From: Nitrososphaeria archaeon
GTDB lineage: Archaea > Thermoproteota > Nitrososphaeria > JACIWG01
DNA: 64,000 bases
Assembly: GCA_049969935.1 (NCBI GenBank)
Contig: JBMFNX010000003.1
Coordinates: 8,616 to 72,615, forward strand
Direction of reading: 5' to 3'
Part shown: positions 37,432 to 48,500 of the stretch, piece by piece
How the letters are laid out: each line of letters begins with the position of its first letter
How positions within the stretch are numbered: position 1 is the first letter of the stretch
Program-made: the position numbers and the translations under genes
Notes under the pieces: generated by a model
The model's database searches: none
The model's input: only the letters and a program-made list of their open reading frames with translations
Told to the model about the DNA's origin: nothing

Positions 37432-38481
37432 ATGTACAAGAAAATAACAATGTTGCATGGTGCGGGAGGAAGCGAGTCCCTCGAATTGATTAAAGAGACA
37501 ATTTTGAAGAGATTTTCTTATAGCAAGTTTGATGTTCCATTAGATGCATTAGATGATGCAGCCGTCGTAAACGGAATAGTTTTTAAAACAGATTCTCACG
37601 CAGTCTACCCAATATTCTTTCCAGGAGGAGACATTGGTAGGCTTGCTGTATGTGGAACAGTTAACGACATAAGTATGGTTGGAGGAAAACCTATTGCCCT
37701 ATCCCTAGCAATTGTCATGGAAGAAGGACTAGAGTTTAACATTCTTGAGAAAGTTCTCGATAGCATAAAGTTAGCTTGTGAGGAAGCTGATGTTAAAATT
37801 GTGACCGGAGACACGAAGGTTGTGGAAAGGGGGGGAGTTAAGGAAATGATATTGAATACTGCTGGAATAGGTGTAAGAAGCCCTTACCTTGACCATAACT
37901 TGGCTGTTGCAAAAAATTTTAGGAATGTTAATGCAAGCTGGCTTCTAGATTCAAATGTACGTCCAGGAGATAAAATCATTTTGTCAGGATACATTGGCGA
38001 CCACGGTATTGCTGTAATGAGTGCAAGAAAACAGTATGGTATTTCATCAGATATAGTTTCTGACATTCAACCCTTAAACCATATGGTTGAAGAAGTGTTA
38101 AAGGTTGGAGGTGTTGTTGCAATGAAGGATCCGACTAGAGGAGGGTTAAGTAATCTGCTCTACGAATGGTGCGAGAAAAGTGGTGTTGGGATAGAGATTG
38201 AGGAGACAAAGATTCCTTTAAGGGAGGGGGTTAAGTCAGCCTGCGAAATATTGGGAATAAGTCCTCTTGAAATAGGAAACGAGGGAAAGGCTGTTTTAGC
38301 CGTGGTTCCTGAAATGGCTGAAAAAGTTCTTTCTACTTTAAAAAGTACAAGAGAAGGTAGGGATGCGCAGATAATTGGGGAGGCTGTAGGTGTACATGAT
38401 AAGGTTGTGATGAAGACTGTTGTCGGTGGAAAGAGGATTGTTCCTAGACCTAGGGGAGATCCTATTCCTAGGATATGCTAA
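37432..38481 (+). CDS. hypE: hydrogenase maturation protein HypE
   Basis: Begins MYKKITMLHGAGG and ends with the HypE-typical PRIC. The track ORF starts at an upstream TTG (37408). Confidence 0.85.
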   Translation: MYKKITMLHGAGGSESLELIKETILKRFSYSKFDVPLDALDDAAVVNGIVFKTDSHAVYPIFFPGGDIGRLAVCGTVNDISMVGGKPIALSLAIVMEEGLEFNILEKVLDSIKLACEEADVKIVTGDTKVVERGGVKEMILNTAGIGVRSPYLDHNLAVAKNFRNVNASWLLDSNVRPGDKIILSGYIGDHGIAVMSARKQYGISSDIVSDIQPLNHMVEEVLKVGGVVAMKDPTRGGLSNLLYEWCEKSGVGIEIEETKIPLREGVKSACEILGISPLEIGNEGKAVLAVVPEMAEKVLSTLKSTREGRDAQIIGEAVGVHDKVVMKTVVGGKRIVPRPRGDPIPRIC

Positions 38482-38499
38482 ATTTATTAAAACAATTTT

Positions 38500-38856
38500 T
38501 TGGAAAGTTTAGCGGATGCTAAAATGTTCGAATACATTGAAAAAGAGTTTAGTGAAGAACTGCTTGAGAAGGAGGAGATTTTGGTTGTAGTATTTTATGC
38601 ATCATATTGTCCATTCTGTCAAAAATTTTCAAAGGTTTTGGAAAAATATTATTTTAAAGAAAATGTTTGTTTCGCTAAAGCGGACATTTCTGACGACGAT
38701 AGCCCATATTGGAGCAGATATAGTATAGAGGTTGTTCCAACAATTATAGTGTTTAAGGGAAAGATTATAGTGGAAAGATGTGATGGAATACTTGGGAAGG
38801 GTATTGATGAAAGGATTTTAGCCAATCTACTGGAGAGGGTGAGAGGTTTAGAGTAG
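38500..38856 (+). CDS. thioredoxin-fold protein (CPFC active site)
   Basis: 118-aa ORF with FYASYCPFCQKF in a Trx-like context and VVPTIIVF (cis-Pro loop). The start could also be ATG 38524. Confidence 0.65.
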   Translation: MESLADAKMFEYIEKEFSEELLEKEEILVVVFYASYCPFCQKFSKVLEKYYFKENVCFAKADISDDDSPYWSRYSIEVVPTIIVFKGKIIVERCDGILGKGIDERILANLLERVRGLE

Positions 38857-38862
38857 GAAAGA

Positions 38863-39957
38863 TTAATTTAATTCTGGATATTCGAGAAATATTCTGCAAG
38901 CGCCTTCTACAGAAACCATGCAGGCGCCAACCGGATTTTCAAGATTGCATACTTTACCGAAGAGGGGGCAGTCAGTCGGCTGGATAACGCCTCTTAAAAC
39001 TTCACCACATCTGCAACCTTTTTCAAGAGGTGAAGGCTCATACTGTACTTTTGAAATTATGTCCTCAAACTGTTTATGGGCATCATGTTTAGAATATTTG
39101 TCTCTTATTGTCATGAGAGAAGAAGGTACTACTGGAAAACCTCTCCACTCAATGTCTTTGGGATAAAATACTCTGTCTATTAGAGATAGGGCTGTCTGGT
39201 TCCCTTCTCTTGACACAACCCTATTGTATTCGTTTACAACTTTAGCTTCACCATCTACTATTTGCCTAACAAGATAATAGACTGAAAGTATAATATCAAG
39301 TGGTTCAAACCCTGAAATTACCTGAGGAATCTTAAACCTTTTCATTATAACTTCATAGGGTTTACATCCTATTATTGCACTAACATGTCCAGGCTCTATT
39401 ATACCATCAAGCTTAACTTCACCCAATTCAAGAAGTTTTATCATGGCTGGAGGAAAAAATCTGTGGCAGCTTAGAACATAAAAGTTTTCAGGCAAATCAT
39501 CTCGAACAAGTGTTGAGGCTGTAGAAGGAGCTGTAGTTTCAAAGCCTATGGCCATGAACACGACATCCTTTTCAACAGTTCGAGCGAGTTCAACTGACTC
39601 ATCAATACTATACACGATTCTAACATCATAGCCTTCTGTTTTCAAGTGCATAAGTGAACGCCTATTAACCGGCACCCTAAAACAGTCACCGTAAATTGTG
39701 ATAATCTTACCCTTTTCAGCAAGCTTCATAGCCTGAAGAAACTCTTTCGCTGTTGTAACACATACGGGACAACCTGGACCAGACCTTATCCTTATCCCAA
39801 CCTTAGAAAGAAGGCTTCCCAAACCATATCTTGAAAGTGTTTCCTGATGTGTTCCACAGGCGTGCATGAACGTTAGATTAAGTTTATACTGGCCTATCCT
39901 TTCTATAATACCATTTATTAGCTTCGCATCCTTCAGCTCATGCCACATAAATTTCAC
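38863..39957 (-). CDS. hypD: hydrogenase maturation protein HypD
   Basis: 364-aa ORF with GPGCPVCV and a C-terminal Cys-rich region. Confidence 0.9.
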   Translation of the reverse strand: MKFMWHELKDAKLINGIIERIGQYKLNLTFMHACGTHQETLSRYGLGSLLSKVGIRIRSGPGCPVCVTTAKEFLQAMKLAEKGKIITIYGDCFRVPVNRRSLMHLKTEGYDVRIVYSIDESVELARTVEKDVVFMAIGFETTAPSTASTLVRDDLPENFYVLSCHRFFPPAMIKLLELGEVKLDGIIEPGHVSAIIGCKPYEVIMKRFKIPQVISGFEPLDIILSVYYLVRQIVDGEAKVVNEYNRVVSREGNQTALSLIDRVFYPKDIEWRGFPVVPSSLMTIRDKYSKHDAHKQFEDIISKVQYEPSPLEKGCRCGEVLRGVIQPTDCPLFGKVCNLENPVGACMVSVEGACRIFLEYPELN

Positions 39958-40172
39958 ACTTTACCTGAAACTATTTCTTTAACAAGCCTGATGGTTTTTA
40001 AAGCCTCCCTTTTATTGACCTTTGAGATTGCGAAACCAGCGTGTACGATGACAAAATCGCCCACCTTAACATTTACAAGAGAAACGTTCACATCCCTTAT
40101 AAGGCCGCCGAAGTCTACTTTAGCAAAACTGCCTTTTTTCTCAACAACTTTTCCAGGTACACCTAAACACAT
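39954..40172 (-). CDS. hypC: hydrogenase maturation chaperone HypC
   Basis: 72-aa ORF starting MCLGVPGKVV. It overlaps the hypD start by 4 nt. Confidence 0.9.
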   Translation of the reverse strand: MCLGVPGKVVEKKGSFAKVDFGGLIRDVNVSLVNVKVGDFVIVHAGFAISKVNKREALKTIRLVKEIVSGKV

Positions 40173-40242
40173 TTTAATACAGTTGAGGCTAAATGAGCTA
40201 GGTTAATAAAATTTTTTATAATTGAAAAATTTTTAATTAGCT

Positions 40243-42507
40243 TTAGCCTAGAAAGTATTTTCCAGCCAAATATGCTTGTCCTAGGGATACACATCCATCT
40301 CCAGCTGGAGCATAAATGTTCCGATAAAGTTTAAGGTTATTTGATTCAACCACCCTTCTAATAGCTTTTGAAATATGCTCATTATATGCTACACCTCCAG
40401 AAAAGGATATAGCTTTAACACCATACTTTTTAGCCTTTTCTACTGCAATCTTTGCCATACCTTCTGCAAGACACTCTTCCACAGCATAAGCCAATTCCGC
40501 AGCTGGAAACTTTTCCAAGTTTTCTATAATATTTTCTATCATTGGAGTTGTTAGGAGAACATCATCTGCAATCATGGGCTCTATTCTATAGTGGCCTACA
40601 GCCTTCTTTGCCAAGCTTTCAAGCTTAAGTGCAGGTTCACCTTCATATGTTCTCACATAGCATACGTTTAAGATTGTGGAGACCGCATCAAGTATTCGTC
40701 CAAAACTTGATGTTAAAATATAGTTTCTGGACTCTAACTGAAGTTTTAGAAAATCAACCTCTCGACTACCATGTGGAAACTTTTGAATGTTACTAATAAG
40801 CCACTTATCTAAATAGGGTGTCTTGTATAGGATAGAGAGCACCATTCTAGCAGGATATTTTGCTGCAAGATCACCGCCCAAGTAAGGCTGTTCCTCCAAA
40901 TGCCCAACTCTCTCAAATCGACCTTTCTCACAATATAATATTTCTCCACCCCAAGCGTTACCATCTAAGCCGTATCCGAAACCGTCAGCCGCTATTCCAA
41001 CCGTTTCTTCTAGACCATGTTCTGCCATAACAGAGGCTATGTGAGCATGATGGTGCTGGACTGGAAAGCTTGGAATACTCTGTTGAGTGGACAGCTCTCT
41101 AGCATAAACTGTTGTATTGAATGTCGGATGAAGATCGTGCGCTACCGCTTTAGGCTTACATGCTGTTAGGTTAACCATCCTCTTGAGCGCTGACTTCAAA
41201 TATTCAAGGGTCTCTATATTTTCAACATCTCCAATATACTGTGTTAAATACATTTTGCCCGAGGATACAACACATCCTGTAACATTTTCTTCTCCACCAA
41301 CTCCCAAGGCGTCCACAACACCTTTCACATACAGTGGTTCTGGGACAAAACCTCTTGATCTCCTGAGAAAACAGATTACACCATCAACCTTTCTCACGAC
41401 AGAGTCATCGCACCTGTACAAGATTTTTCTATCATGTATGAGATAATAGTCTACAATCTGTGAAAAACTTTTCACAGCCTCCTTTTCATCAACAATTATA
41501 GGTTCTGAGGGAAGATTGCCGCTTGTCATAATAAGCACATTTGTTTTGGATTCACTAAATATGAGAAGATGTAGACCAGTGTATGGTAGCATGACTCCAA
41601 CATTATGTAAACCAGGACTAACATATTTTGAAATACAAGAGCCTTCTTTCAAATCTAATAGGACTATTGGCTTAGAGGGAGAAGACAAAATCTTTTCTTC
41701 AACTTCATCAACGTAGGCGAAAGTTTTCACGGTTTCAACATCTTTAGCCATTAAAGCGAAAGGCTTCTGCTCCCTACCTTTCCACCTCCTAATCTTTAAT
41801 ATGGCATCATCATTATATGCTGAAAGAGCTATATGGAAGCCTCCAACACCCTTTATCGCGAGAATCTTACCTTCATCCAAGAATTTTGCAGCCAACTTTA
41901 TAGGGTCACCATTAACTTCTGAACCATTTCTGTCGAAAAGCAAGAGCTTTGGACCGCAGGCTGCACAGGCTATAGTTTCCGCATGAAAACGTCTATCTCT
42001 AGGATTATAGTATTCTTCTGCACACATGTTGCACATTGGAAAGTCAACCATAGAAGTATTGGATCTATCGTAGGGGTACCTTTCTATTATCGTGAACCTT
42101 GGACCACAGTTTGTGCACGTTATAAAATGGTACCTATAACGTCTATTTTTTGGATCAAAAAGTTCCCTACTACAGTCTTCACAAATTCCAATGTCAGGTG
42201 GAATTAATGACGCACTAGCCCTTTCCTCGAAATCACTTTTTAAAACTTTAAAAGATTCATAATTTAGTTCATCATCGAAATCAATCCTTTTTACCTCTTC
42301 AATCTTTGCTAGAGGAGGTTTTCCAGAAAAAAGTTTTAAAACAAATCTTTCAATATCCTCTTTCAAGCCTTCTACTTCTATTTCTACACTACCATCACCC
42401 ATATTTTTAACATAGCCTCTCAGATTATTTTCTAAAGCAATTCTATATACAAAAGGTCTAAAACCTACACCTTGAACTATCCCTGTAACCGTAAACCTAC
42501 TGCGCAT
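40243..42507 (-). CDS. hypF: carbamoyltransferase HypF
   Basis: 754-aa ORF: acylphosphatase-like N-terminus (GIVQGVGFRPFVYR), two zinc-finger pairs (CEDCSRELFDPKNRRYRYHFITCTNCGPRFT), and YrdC/Kae1-like domains. Confidence 0.9.
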   Translation of the reverse strand: MRSRFTVTGIVQGVGFRPFVYRIALENNLRGYVKNMGDGSVEIEVEGLKEDIERFVLKLFSGKPPLAKIEEVKRIDFDDELNYESFKVLKSDFEERASASLIPPDIGICEDCSRELFDPKNRRYRYHFITCTNCGPRFTIIERYPYDRSNTSMVDFPMCNMCAEEYYNPRDRRFHAETIACAACGPKLLLFDRNGSEVNGDPIKLAAKFLDEGKILAIKGVGGFHIALSAYNDDAILKIRRWKGREQKPFALMAKDVETVKTFAYVDEVEEKILSSPSKPIVLLDLKEGSCISKYVSPGLHNVGVMLPYTGLHLLIFSESKTNVLIMTSGNLPSEPIIVDEKEAVKSFSQIVDYYLIHDRKILYRCDDSVVRKVDGVICFLRRSRGFVPEPLYVKGVVDALGVGGEENVTGCVVSSGKMYLTQYIGDVENIETLEYLKSALKRMVNLTACKPKAVAHDLHPTFNTTVYARELSTQQSIPSFPVQHHHAHIASVMAEHGLEETVGIAADGFGYGLDGNAWGGEILYCEKGRFERVGHLEEQPYLGGDLAAKYPARMVLSILYKTPYLDKWLISNIQKFPHGSREVDFLKLQLESRNYILTSSFGRILDAVSTILNVCYVRTYEGEPALKLESLAKKAVGHYRIEPMIADDVLLTTPMIENIIENLEKFPAAELAYAVEECLAEGMAKIAVEKAKKYGVKAISFSGGVAYNEHISKAIRRVVESNNLKLYRNIYAPAGDGCVSLGQAYLAGKYFLG

Positions 42508-42609
42508 CAGCTATAGCACCTATATATCTAGATATTAACTCTATCATGTAACAATAAGTTTTTGCCTTTGACTAAAATTTTATATCACTATACAATGATA
42601 TCCCAAAAC

Positions 42610-44379
42610 ATGAAATTGTATGAAGTGAATGAAGATCTTATAGATGTTGCAATGGGCAGACAGGAAGCTGACATAGTTTTAAGGAACACGAACCTTGTAA
42701 ATGTTTGTACGGGCGAAATATTAAGAGCAGATGTCGTAATAAAGGGTGAAAGAATAGCATTAGTAGGAGATTCTTCTCACACGGTTGGAGATTCTACAGA
42801 AGTCTTTGACTTAAAGGATAAGTATGTTTGCCCAGGATTTTTGGACGGACATGTACATATTGAAAGCTCGATGGTTACAGTAACCCAGTTCGCTAAAGGC
42901 ATCCTACCTCATGGTACGACAGGAGTTTTCATAGACCCGCATGAGATTGCGAACGTGCTAGGTGTTGAAGGTGTCAAGCTCATGATAGAGGAAAGCCGCC
43001 ATGTTCCATTGAGAGTTTATGTTACCATACCATCTTGTGTACCAGCCTCATTCCCAGAATTTGAGACATCTGGTTCAGAAATAGGTCCAAAAGAGGTTGA
43101 AGAACTTTTGGCATACGATAATGTTGTAGCATTAGGGGAAATGATGAACTATCCTGGAATAATCTATAAGGATAAGAAGATGATTGATGAAGTTAAAGTC
43201 ACGTTAAAACATGGTAAGGTTGTTGAAGGCCACTTTTACGGTAACATGATGGAATTAAACGCCTACGTGTCAGCTGGAATCTCATCCAGTCACGAGTCAA
43301 CTTCTAAGGAGATAGGTCTTGCAAAAGCTAGACTTGGAATGTATGTGATGATCAGAGAAGGTTCAGCTTGGAAAGATTTGAAGGAAGTGATAAAAATTGT
43401 TACAGAGGATGGAATAGACTCAAGACGCGTTTGCCTTGTAAGTGACGATAGACATCCAGAAGATATAGTTAACGAGGGACATTTAGACCATATCGTCAAT
43501 AGGGCTATTGAAGAAGGTGTTGACCCTGTTAAAGCGATTCAAATGGTGACAATAAATACTGCAGAACATTTTAATTTGGATAACGATTTAGGTTTAATAG
43601 CTCCAGGAAAATATGCTGACCTACTTGTTTTAGACAAAATTGAGCCAATAAAGGTTTCGATGGTATTTGTCGGCGGAAAACTTGTAGCAAAAGATGGGAG
43701 CATGCTTGAAAAGATAGATGGATTCAATTACCCACCTCATGTAAAGAGAACAATTAAGCTTGCTCGCCCATTAAAGCCAGAAGACTTTAAAATCCAGGCT
43801 CCACTTGAAGCTAGAAAAGTTAGAGCTAATGTTATAGAGGCAATAGAAGGAAGTGTTTTAACAAAAAGGAGAATTATTGAAGTTCCAGTTGTAAATGGAG
43901 AAGTTGTACAAGATGTTGAAAATGACATTTTAAAGGTTGCTTCAATAGAAAGACATAAGGGTTCAGGTGAAATTGGTTTAGGGCTTGTCAAGGGATTCAA
44001 GTTTAGGGCTGGTGCTGTAGCCTCGACAGTAGCACATGATAGTCATAATCTTTTAGTGGTTGGAGTAGACGATAAAGATATGGCGTACGCATGCAATAGG
44101 CTTACTGAAGTTGGCGGAGGAATGATTGCAGTTGAAGATGAAAAGACTTTGGCACTTGCTAAGCTGCCAATAGCAGGAATAGTTTCAGACGAGCCGATAG
44201 AAAATGTTTGCGTACAGGTTAAAGAATTGTCTAGTGCATGGAGAAAGCTTGGATGCACAATGATAAACCCTTTCATGACAATGTCTCTGCTTGCACTTTC
44301 AGTTTTACCAGAAATTAGGGTGACAAACAAGGGACTTATAGATACCGTTAACTTCAAGAAGATAAAACTTTATGAATAA
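42610..44379 (+). CDS. ade: adenine deaminase
   Basis: Contains PGFLDGHVHIESSM and the overall Ade layout. I prefer ATG 42610 (MKLYEVNEDL) over the TTG at 42562 used in the track. Confidence 0.85.
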   Translation: MKLYEVNEDLIDVAMGRQEADIVLRNTNLVNVCTGEILRADVVIKGERIALVGDSSHTVGDSTEVFDLKDKYVCPGFLDGHVHIESSMVTVTQFAKGILPHGTTGVFIDPHEIANVLGVEGVKLMIEESRHVPLRVYVTIPSCVPASFPEFETSGSEIGPKEVEELLAYDNVVALGEMMNYPGIIYKDKKMIDEVKVTLKHGKVVEGHFYGNMMELNAYVSAGISSSHESTSKEIGLAKARLGMYVMIREGSAWKDLKEVIKIVTEDGIDSRRVCLVSDDRHPEDIVNEGHLDHIVNRAIEEGVDPVKAIQMVTINTAEHFNLDNDLGLIAPGKYADLLVLDKIEPIKVSMVFVGGKLVAKDGSMLEKIDGFNYPPHVKRTIKLARPLKPEDFKIQAPLEARKVRANVIEAIEGSVLTKRRIIEVPVVNGEVVQDVENDILKVASIERHKGSGEIGLGLVKGFKFRAGAVASTVAHDSHNLLVVGVDDKDMAYACNRLTEVGGGMIAVEDEKTLALAKLPIAGIVSDEPIENVCVQVKELSSAWRKLGCTMINPFMTMSLLALSVLPEIRVTNKGLIDTVNFKKIKLYE

Positions 44380-44385
44380 AAAATA

Positions 44386-45549
44386 TTGTGGATAGAAAAG
44401 TTTAAAAACAGTAAAAGTCTTAGCGGGAGAGGGTTCACGACTTCCGAAAATAGAGCGTGGCTAGTCCTAGAAGATGGGACAGTCCATGAGGGAAAATTCT
44501 TTGGATATCCAAAAAATACTTTGGGAGAAGTTGTCTTCACAACAGGAATGGTAGGATATCCGCAGTCTTTAACAGACCCATCATATAGGGGACAAATTTT
44601 AATGTTCACGTACCCACTTATTGGAAACTATGGAGTGCCAGACAAAATTTTAGACGAGAATAATATACCATTATACTTTGAATCTGAAAATATTCAAGTG
44701 GAGGGTGTTATAGTATATGAGCACTGCACAAAACCTTCTCACTGGACTTCAGTAAAAAGTCTACATGAATGGCTTTACGAGGAAAAAGTGCCGGGAATAT
44801 ATGATGTTGACACAAGAAGTCTTACACAAAAGATTAGGGTTAAAGGTGTCATGATGGGAGCAATAGTTGTAGGAGACGAGCCTGAAGAAGGTTTCAAACT
44901 ACTTTCGGCATCAAAAAGATATGGGGAAATAAATTTTGTTAAACAGGTCAGTTTTAAAGAGGAAAGGGTTTATGGGAGAGGTGAAGACAAAATAGTCTTA
45001 ATCGACTATGGTGTAAAATATAATATTATAAGAAACCTTGTTAAAAGGGGATTTAAGGTAATACGTGTACCATACGATTGTAAAGCTGACAGGATACTTG
45101 GCCTAGACCCTGACGGTATAGTGTTAAGTAATGGGCCTGGAGACCCTCAACTTTTAAAGGAGCCGATAAGAGAATTAAAGAAGATAATTGATGTCTTTGA
45201 GAAACCGATATTAGGAATCTGTCTCGGCAACCAGTTGCTTGCTTTAGCTTCAGGAGGAAACACGTATAAGCTTAAGTTTGGGCACAGGGGACAAAATAAG
45301 CCAATAGTAGATGTTTTCACAAAAAGATGCTACATTGTAAGCGAGAACCACGGATATTCTGTGAAACCTGAAAGCCTTGAGGGAACAGATTTTACTACAT
45401 GGTTTCTGAACATCGACGATAAAACTATTGAGGGAATGAAACATAAAAGTCGGCCGATAATTTCAACACAATTTCATCCTGAAGCATATCCTGGACCATA
45501 TGATACCACATTCATATTTGACCAATTTGCTAAAATGGTGAGAGGCTAG
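44386..45549 (+). CDS. carA: carbamoyl-phosphate synthase small (glutaminase) subunit
   Basis: 387-aa ORF with LVLEDGTVHEGKFFG, the GATase Cys in GICLGNQLL, and HPEA near the end. TTG start. It directly abuts carB. Confidence 0.9.
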   Translation: MWIEKFKNSKSLSGRGFTTSENRAWLVLEDGTVHEGKFFGYPKNTLGEVVFTTGMVGYPQSLTDPSYRGQILMFTYPLIGNYGVPDKILDENNIPLYFESENIQVEGVIVYEHCTKPSHWTSVKSLHEWLYEEKVPGIYDVDTRSLTQKIRVKGVMMGAIVVGDEPEEGFKLLSASKRYGEINFVKQVSFKEERVYGRGEDKIVLIDYGVKYNIIRNLVKRGFKVIRVPYDCKADRILGLDPDGIVLSNGPGDPQLLKEPIRELKKIIDVFEKPILGICLGNQLLALASGGNTYKLKFGHRGQNKPIVDVFTKRCYIVSENHGYSVKPESLEGTDFTTWFLNIDDKTIEGMKHKSRPIISTQFHPEAYPGPYDTTFIFDQFAKMVRG

Positions 45550-48500
45550 ATGCCAAAATACGATTTTATAAAGAAAGTTCTTGTAATAGGCTCTGGCCCA
45601 ATACAGATTTCGATGGCAGGAGAGTTCGATTACTCTGGAACACAGGCTTTGAAGGCGCTTAAGGAAGAGGGTGTTGAAACTGTCTTAGTGAACTCGAACA
45701 TTGCAACCATTCAAACTGACCCAAAGATGGCGGATAAAGTTTACTTGCTCCCAACAACAGCCGAGTTTGTTGAAAAGGTTATTGAAAAAGAAAGGCCTGA
45801 TGGAATACTTCTTGGATTCGGTGGACAGACGGCATTAAACTGTGGATTCGAACTCTATAACAGGGGTGTGCTTGAAAAGTATGGCGTTAGAGTACTTGGA
45901 ACAAGTGTAGAGAGCATAAACATTACATCAGATAGGCAGCTTTTTAGAAGAACGATGGAGGAAAACGGTATTCCAGTACTTCCAAGTGAGGCTGTAACAA
46001 ATGTTGAGGACGCTTTAAAGGTTGCTGAAAGACTAGGGTATCCTGTTATAGTTAGGGTAGCATATAATTTGGGTGGAAGAGGGGGTGGTGTAGCATACAA
46101 TCAGATAGAATTGGATGAGATTGTGAGTAGGGGGATAGCTAACAGTTTTATTGGACAAGTTTTGATTGAAGAGTATATTGGAACCTACAAGCAGATAGAG
46201 TATGAGGTTGTAAGAGACTACTATGATAATGCGGTAACAGTATGTAATATGGAAAACATTCTTGGAATGAGAGTTCATACTGGAGACAACTTTGTCGTTT
46301 CACCGTCTCAGACGATAACAAACGAGGAATATCATATGCTGAGGGAGGCTTCAATAAAGGCGACGAGAGCATGCAAGATTGTTGGAGAATGTAATGTTCA
46401 GCTAGCACTTGACCCAAATTCTCAAAAATATTATGTTATAGAAATAAACCCGAGACTTTCAAGGTCTTCAGCTCTCGCTTCAAAGGCTACAGGATATCCT
46501 CTAGCATATATTGCTGCAAAACTTGCCCTAGGATACAGTCTTCAAGAAATATTGAATAAGGTTACAAATGTTACAAGCTCCTTCTTCGAGCCAGCACTCG
46601 ACTATGTGGTTGTGAAGGTTCCGAGATGGGATCTTGCAAAATTCGGTCAAGTTGATAGGAGACTTAGAACACAGATGAAATCCGTTGGCGAAGTTATGGC
46701 TATAGGACGAAACTTTGAGGAAGCATTGCAGAAGGCAATGAGAATGCTTGATGTAGGATTAGATGGGCTTTCAGCAGAACCTGAGGGGGAGACAGTTGAA
46801 GAAATCGAAAACATGCTTGCAATGCCAACAGATAACATACTATTGCATGTTGTTAAAGCATTAAAGATGGGGTTTACTGTTGAAAAAATATGTCAACTTA
46901 CATGGATAGACAAATGGTTTGTTGAAAAGATAAAAAATATTGTCGAAATTGAAGAAAGGATTAGGGATGCTGGAAGGCTTGATGAAGGTGTAGTTGAAGT
47001 AATCAGGGAGGCTAAAAAAGCTGGTTTTTCAGATTCTCAAATAGCGAGAATACTTAATGTTAACGAATTCGATGTCAGAAATTTCAGGAAAAAACATGAT
47101 ATTATACCTGTAGTAAAGCAAGTTGATACTCTTGCAGCAGAATGGCCTGCTAAAACAAACTACCTTTACATGACATATGGAGGCGTAAAAGATGATGTAG
47201 AATTTGTGAGCGATAAAAAGAAGGTTATAGTATTGGGTGCTGGAACATATAGGATAGGAAGTTCAGTAGAATTCGACTGGTCAACAATGAACCTTGTTTG
47301 GGCGCTAAAAAATCATGGCATCGAAGAAACAATAGTCATAAACTGCAACCCAGAAACCGTTTCAACAGACTATGATATGAGTGACAAGCTCTATTTTGAG
47401 GAAATAACATTAGAAAGGGTACTTGACATATATGAGAAGGAGAACCCGTTAGGTGTGGTCACATGCGTGGGCGGGCAGACAGCAAACAATCTTGCACCAA
47501 AACTTGCAAAAGCAAACGTTAGAATCCTAGGTACAAGAGGAGAAGACGTTGACAGAGCAGAGGACAGAGTTAAGTTTAGCGCATTACTAGATACCCTAAA
47601 AATACCTCAACCAGCGTGGGCAAAGTTTACGTCAATAGATGATGCCAAAATGTTTGCAGAAAAAATAGGTTACCCCGTGATTGTAAGACCATCCTATGTA
47701 CTAGGAGGAACAGTTATGAAAGTCGCCTGGAACCAGTGGCAGCTTGAAGAGTTCTTAAAGAGGGCTGCTAAAGTATCAAAGGAGTATCCTGTTACAGTAA
47801 GCAAGTTCATAAGAGGAGCTATGGAGGTTGAAGTTGACGGAGTATGTGATGGAGAACATGTTGTTATAGGCGCGATAATAGAACATCTTGAACCAGCAGG
47901 CATACATTCAGGTGACGCTACAATGATAATACCATCACAGAGGCTAACAGCATACCATATAGAGAAGATAAAAGATTATACGAGAAGAATAGCTAGGGGG
48001 CTTAGGATAATCGGTCCATTCAACATACAATATCTTGTTAAAGGGCTTGAGGTAAGTGTCATAGAATGTAATTTAAGGTCAAGCAGGTCAATGCCCTTTG
48101 TTTCAAAGGTTAAAGGAATAAATTTAATGGATTATGCTGCAAAAGCACTTCTAGGAATTGGAGTAGAAGATTTGGACGAAAAAAAAGTTTCTCATGTTGG
48201 AGTGAAGACACCGCAATTTTCGTTCATGCAAGTTGATGGAGCGGACCCAATATTGGGTGTCGAGATGAAGTCGACTGGTGAGGCAGCATGCTTGGGAGAA
48301 AACTTCTACGAAGCACTGCTTCTAGCATACGCTTCAGTAGGATTAAAGATGATTAAACCAAACCCTGGAGGAAACGTTTTCGTAAGTGTAGGAAATGATA
48401 TTGAAAGAGAAACAGTTGAACCTCTAATAAGACAACTTCTGTGGCTGGGGTTCAACATATACTGTACACCGGGAACAGCAAAATATTTCAACAGTAGAGG

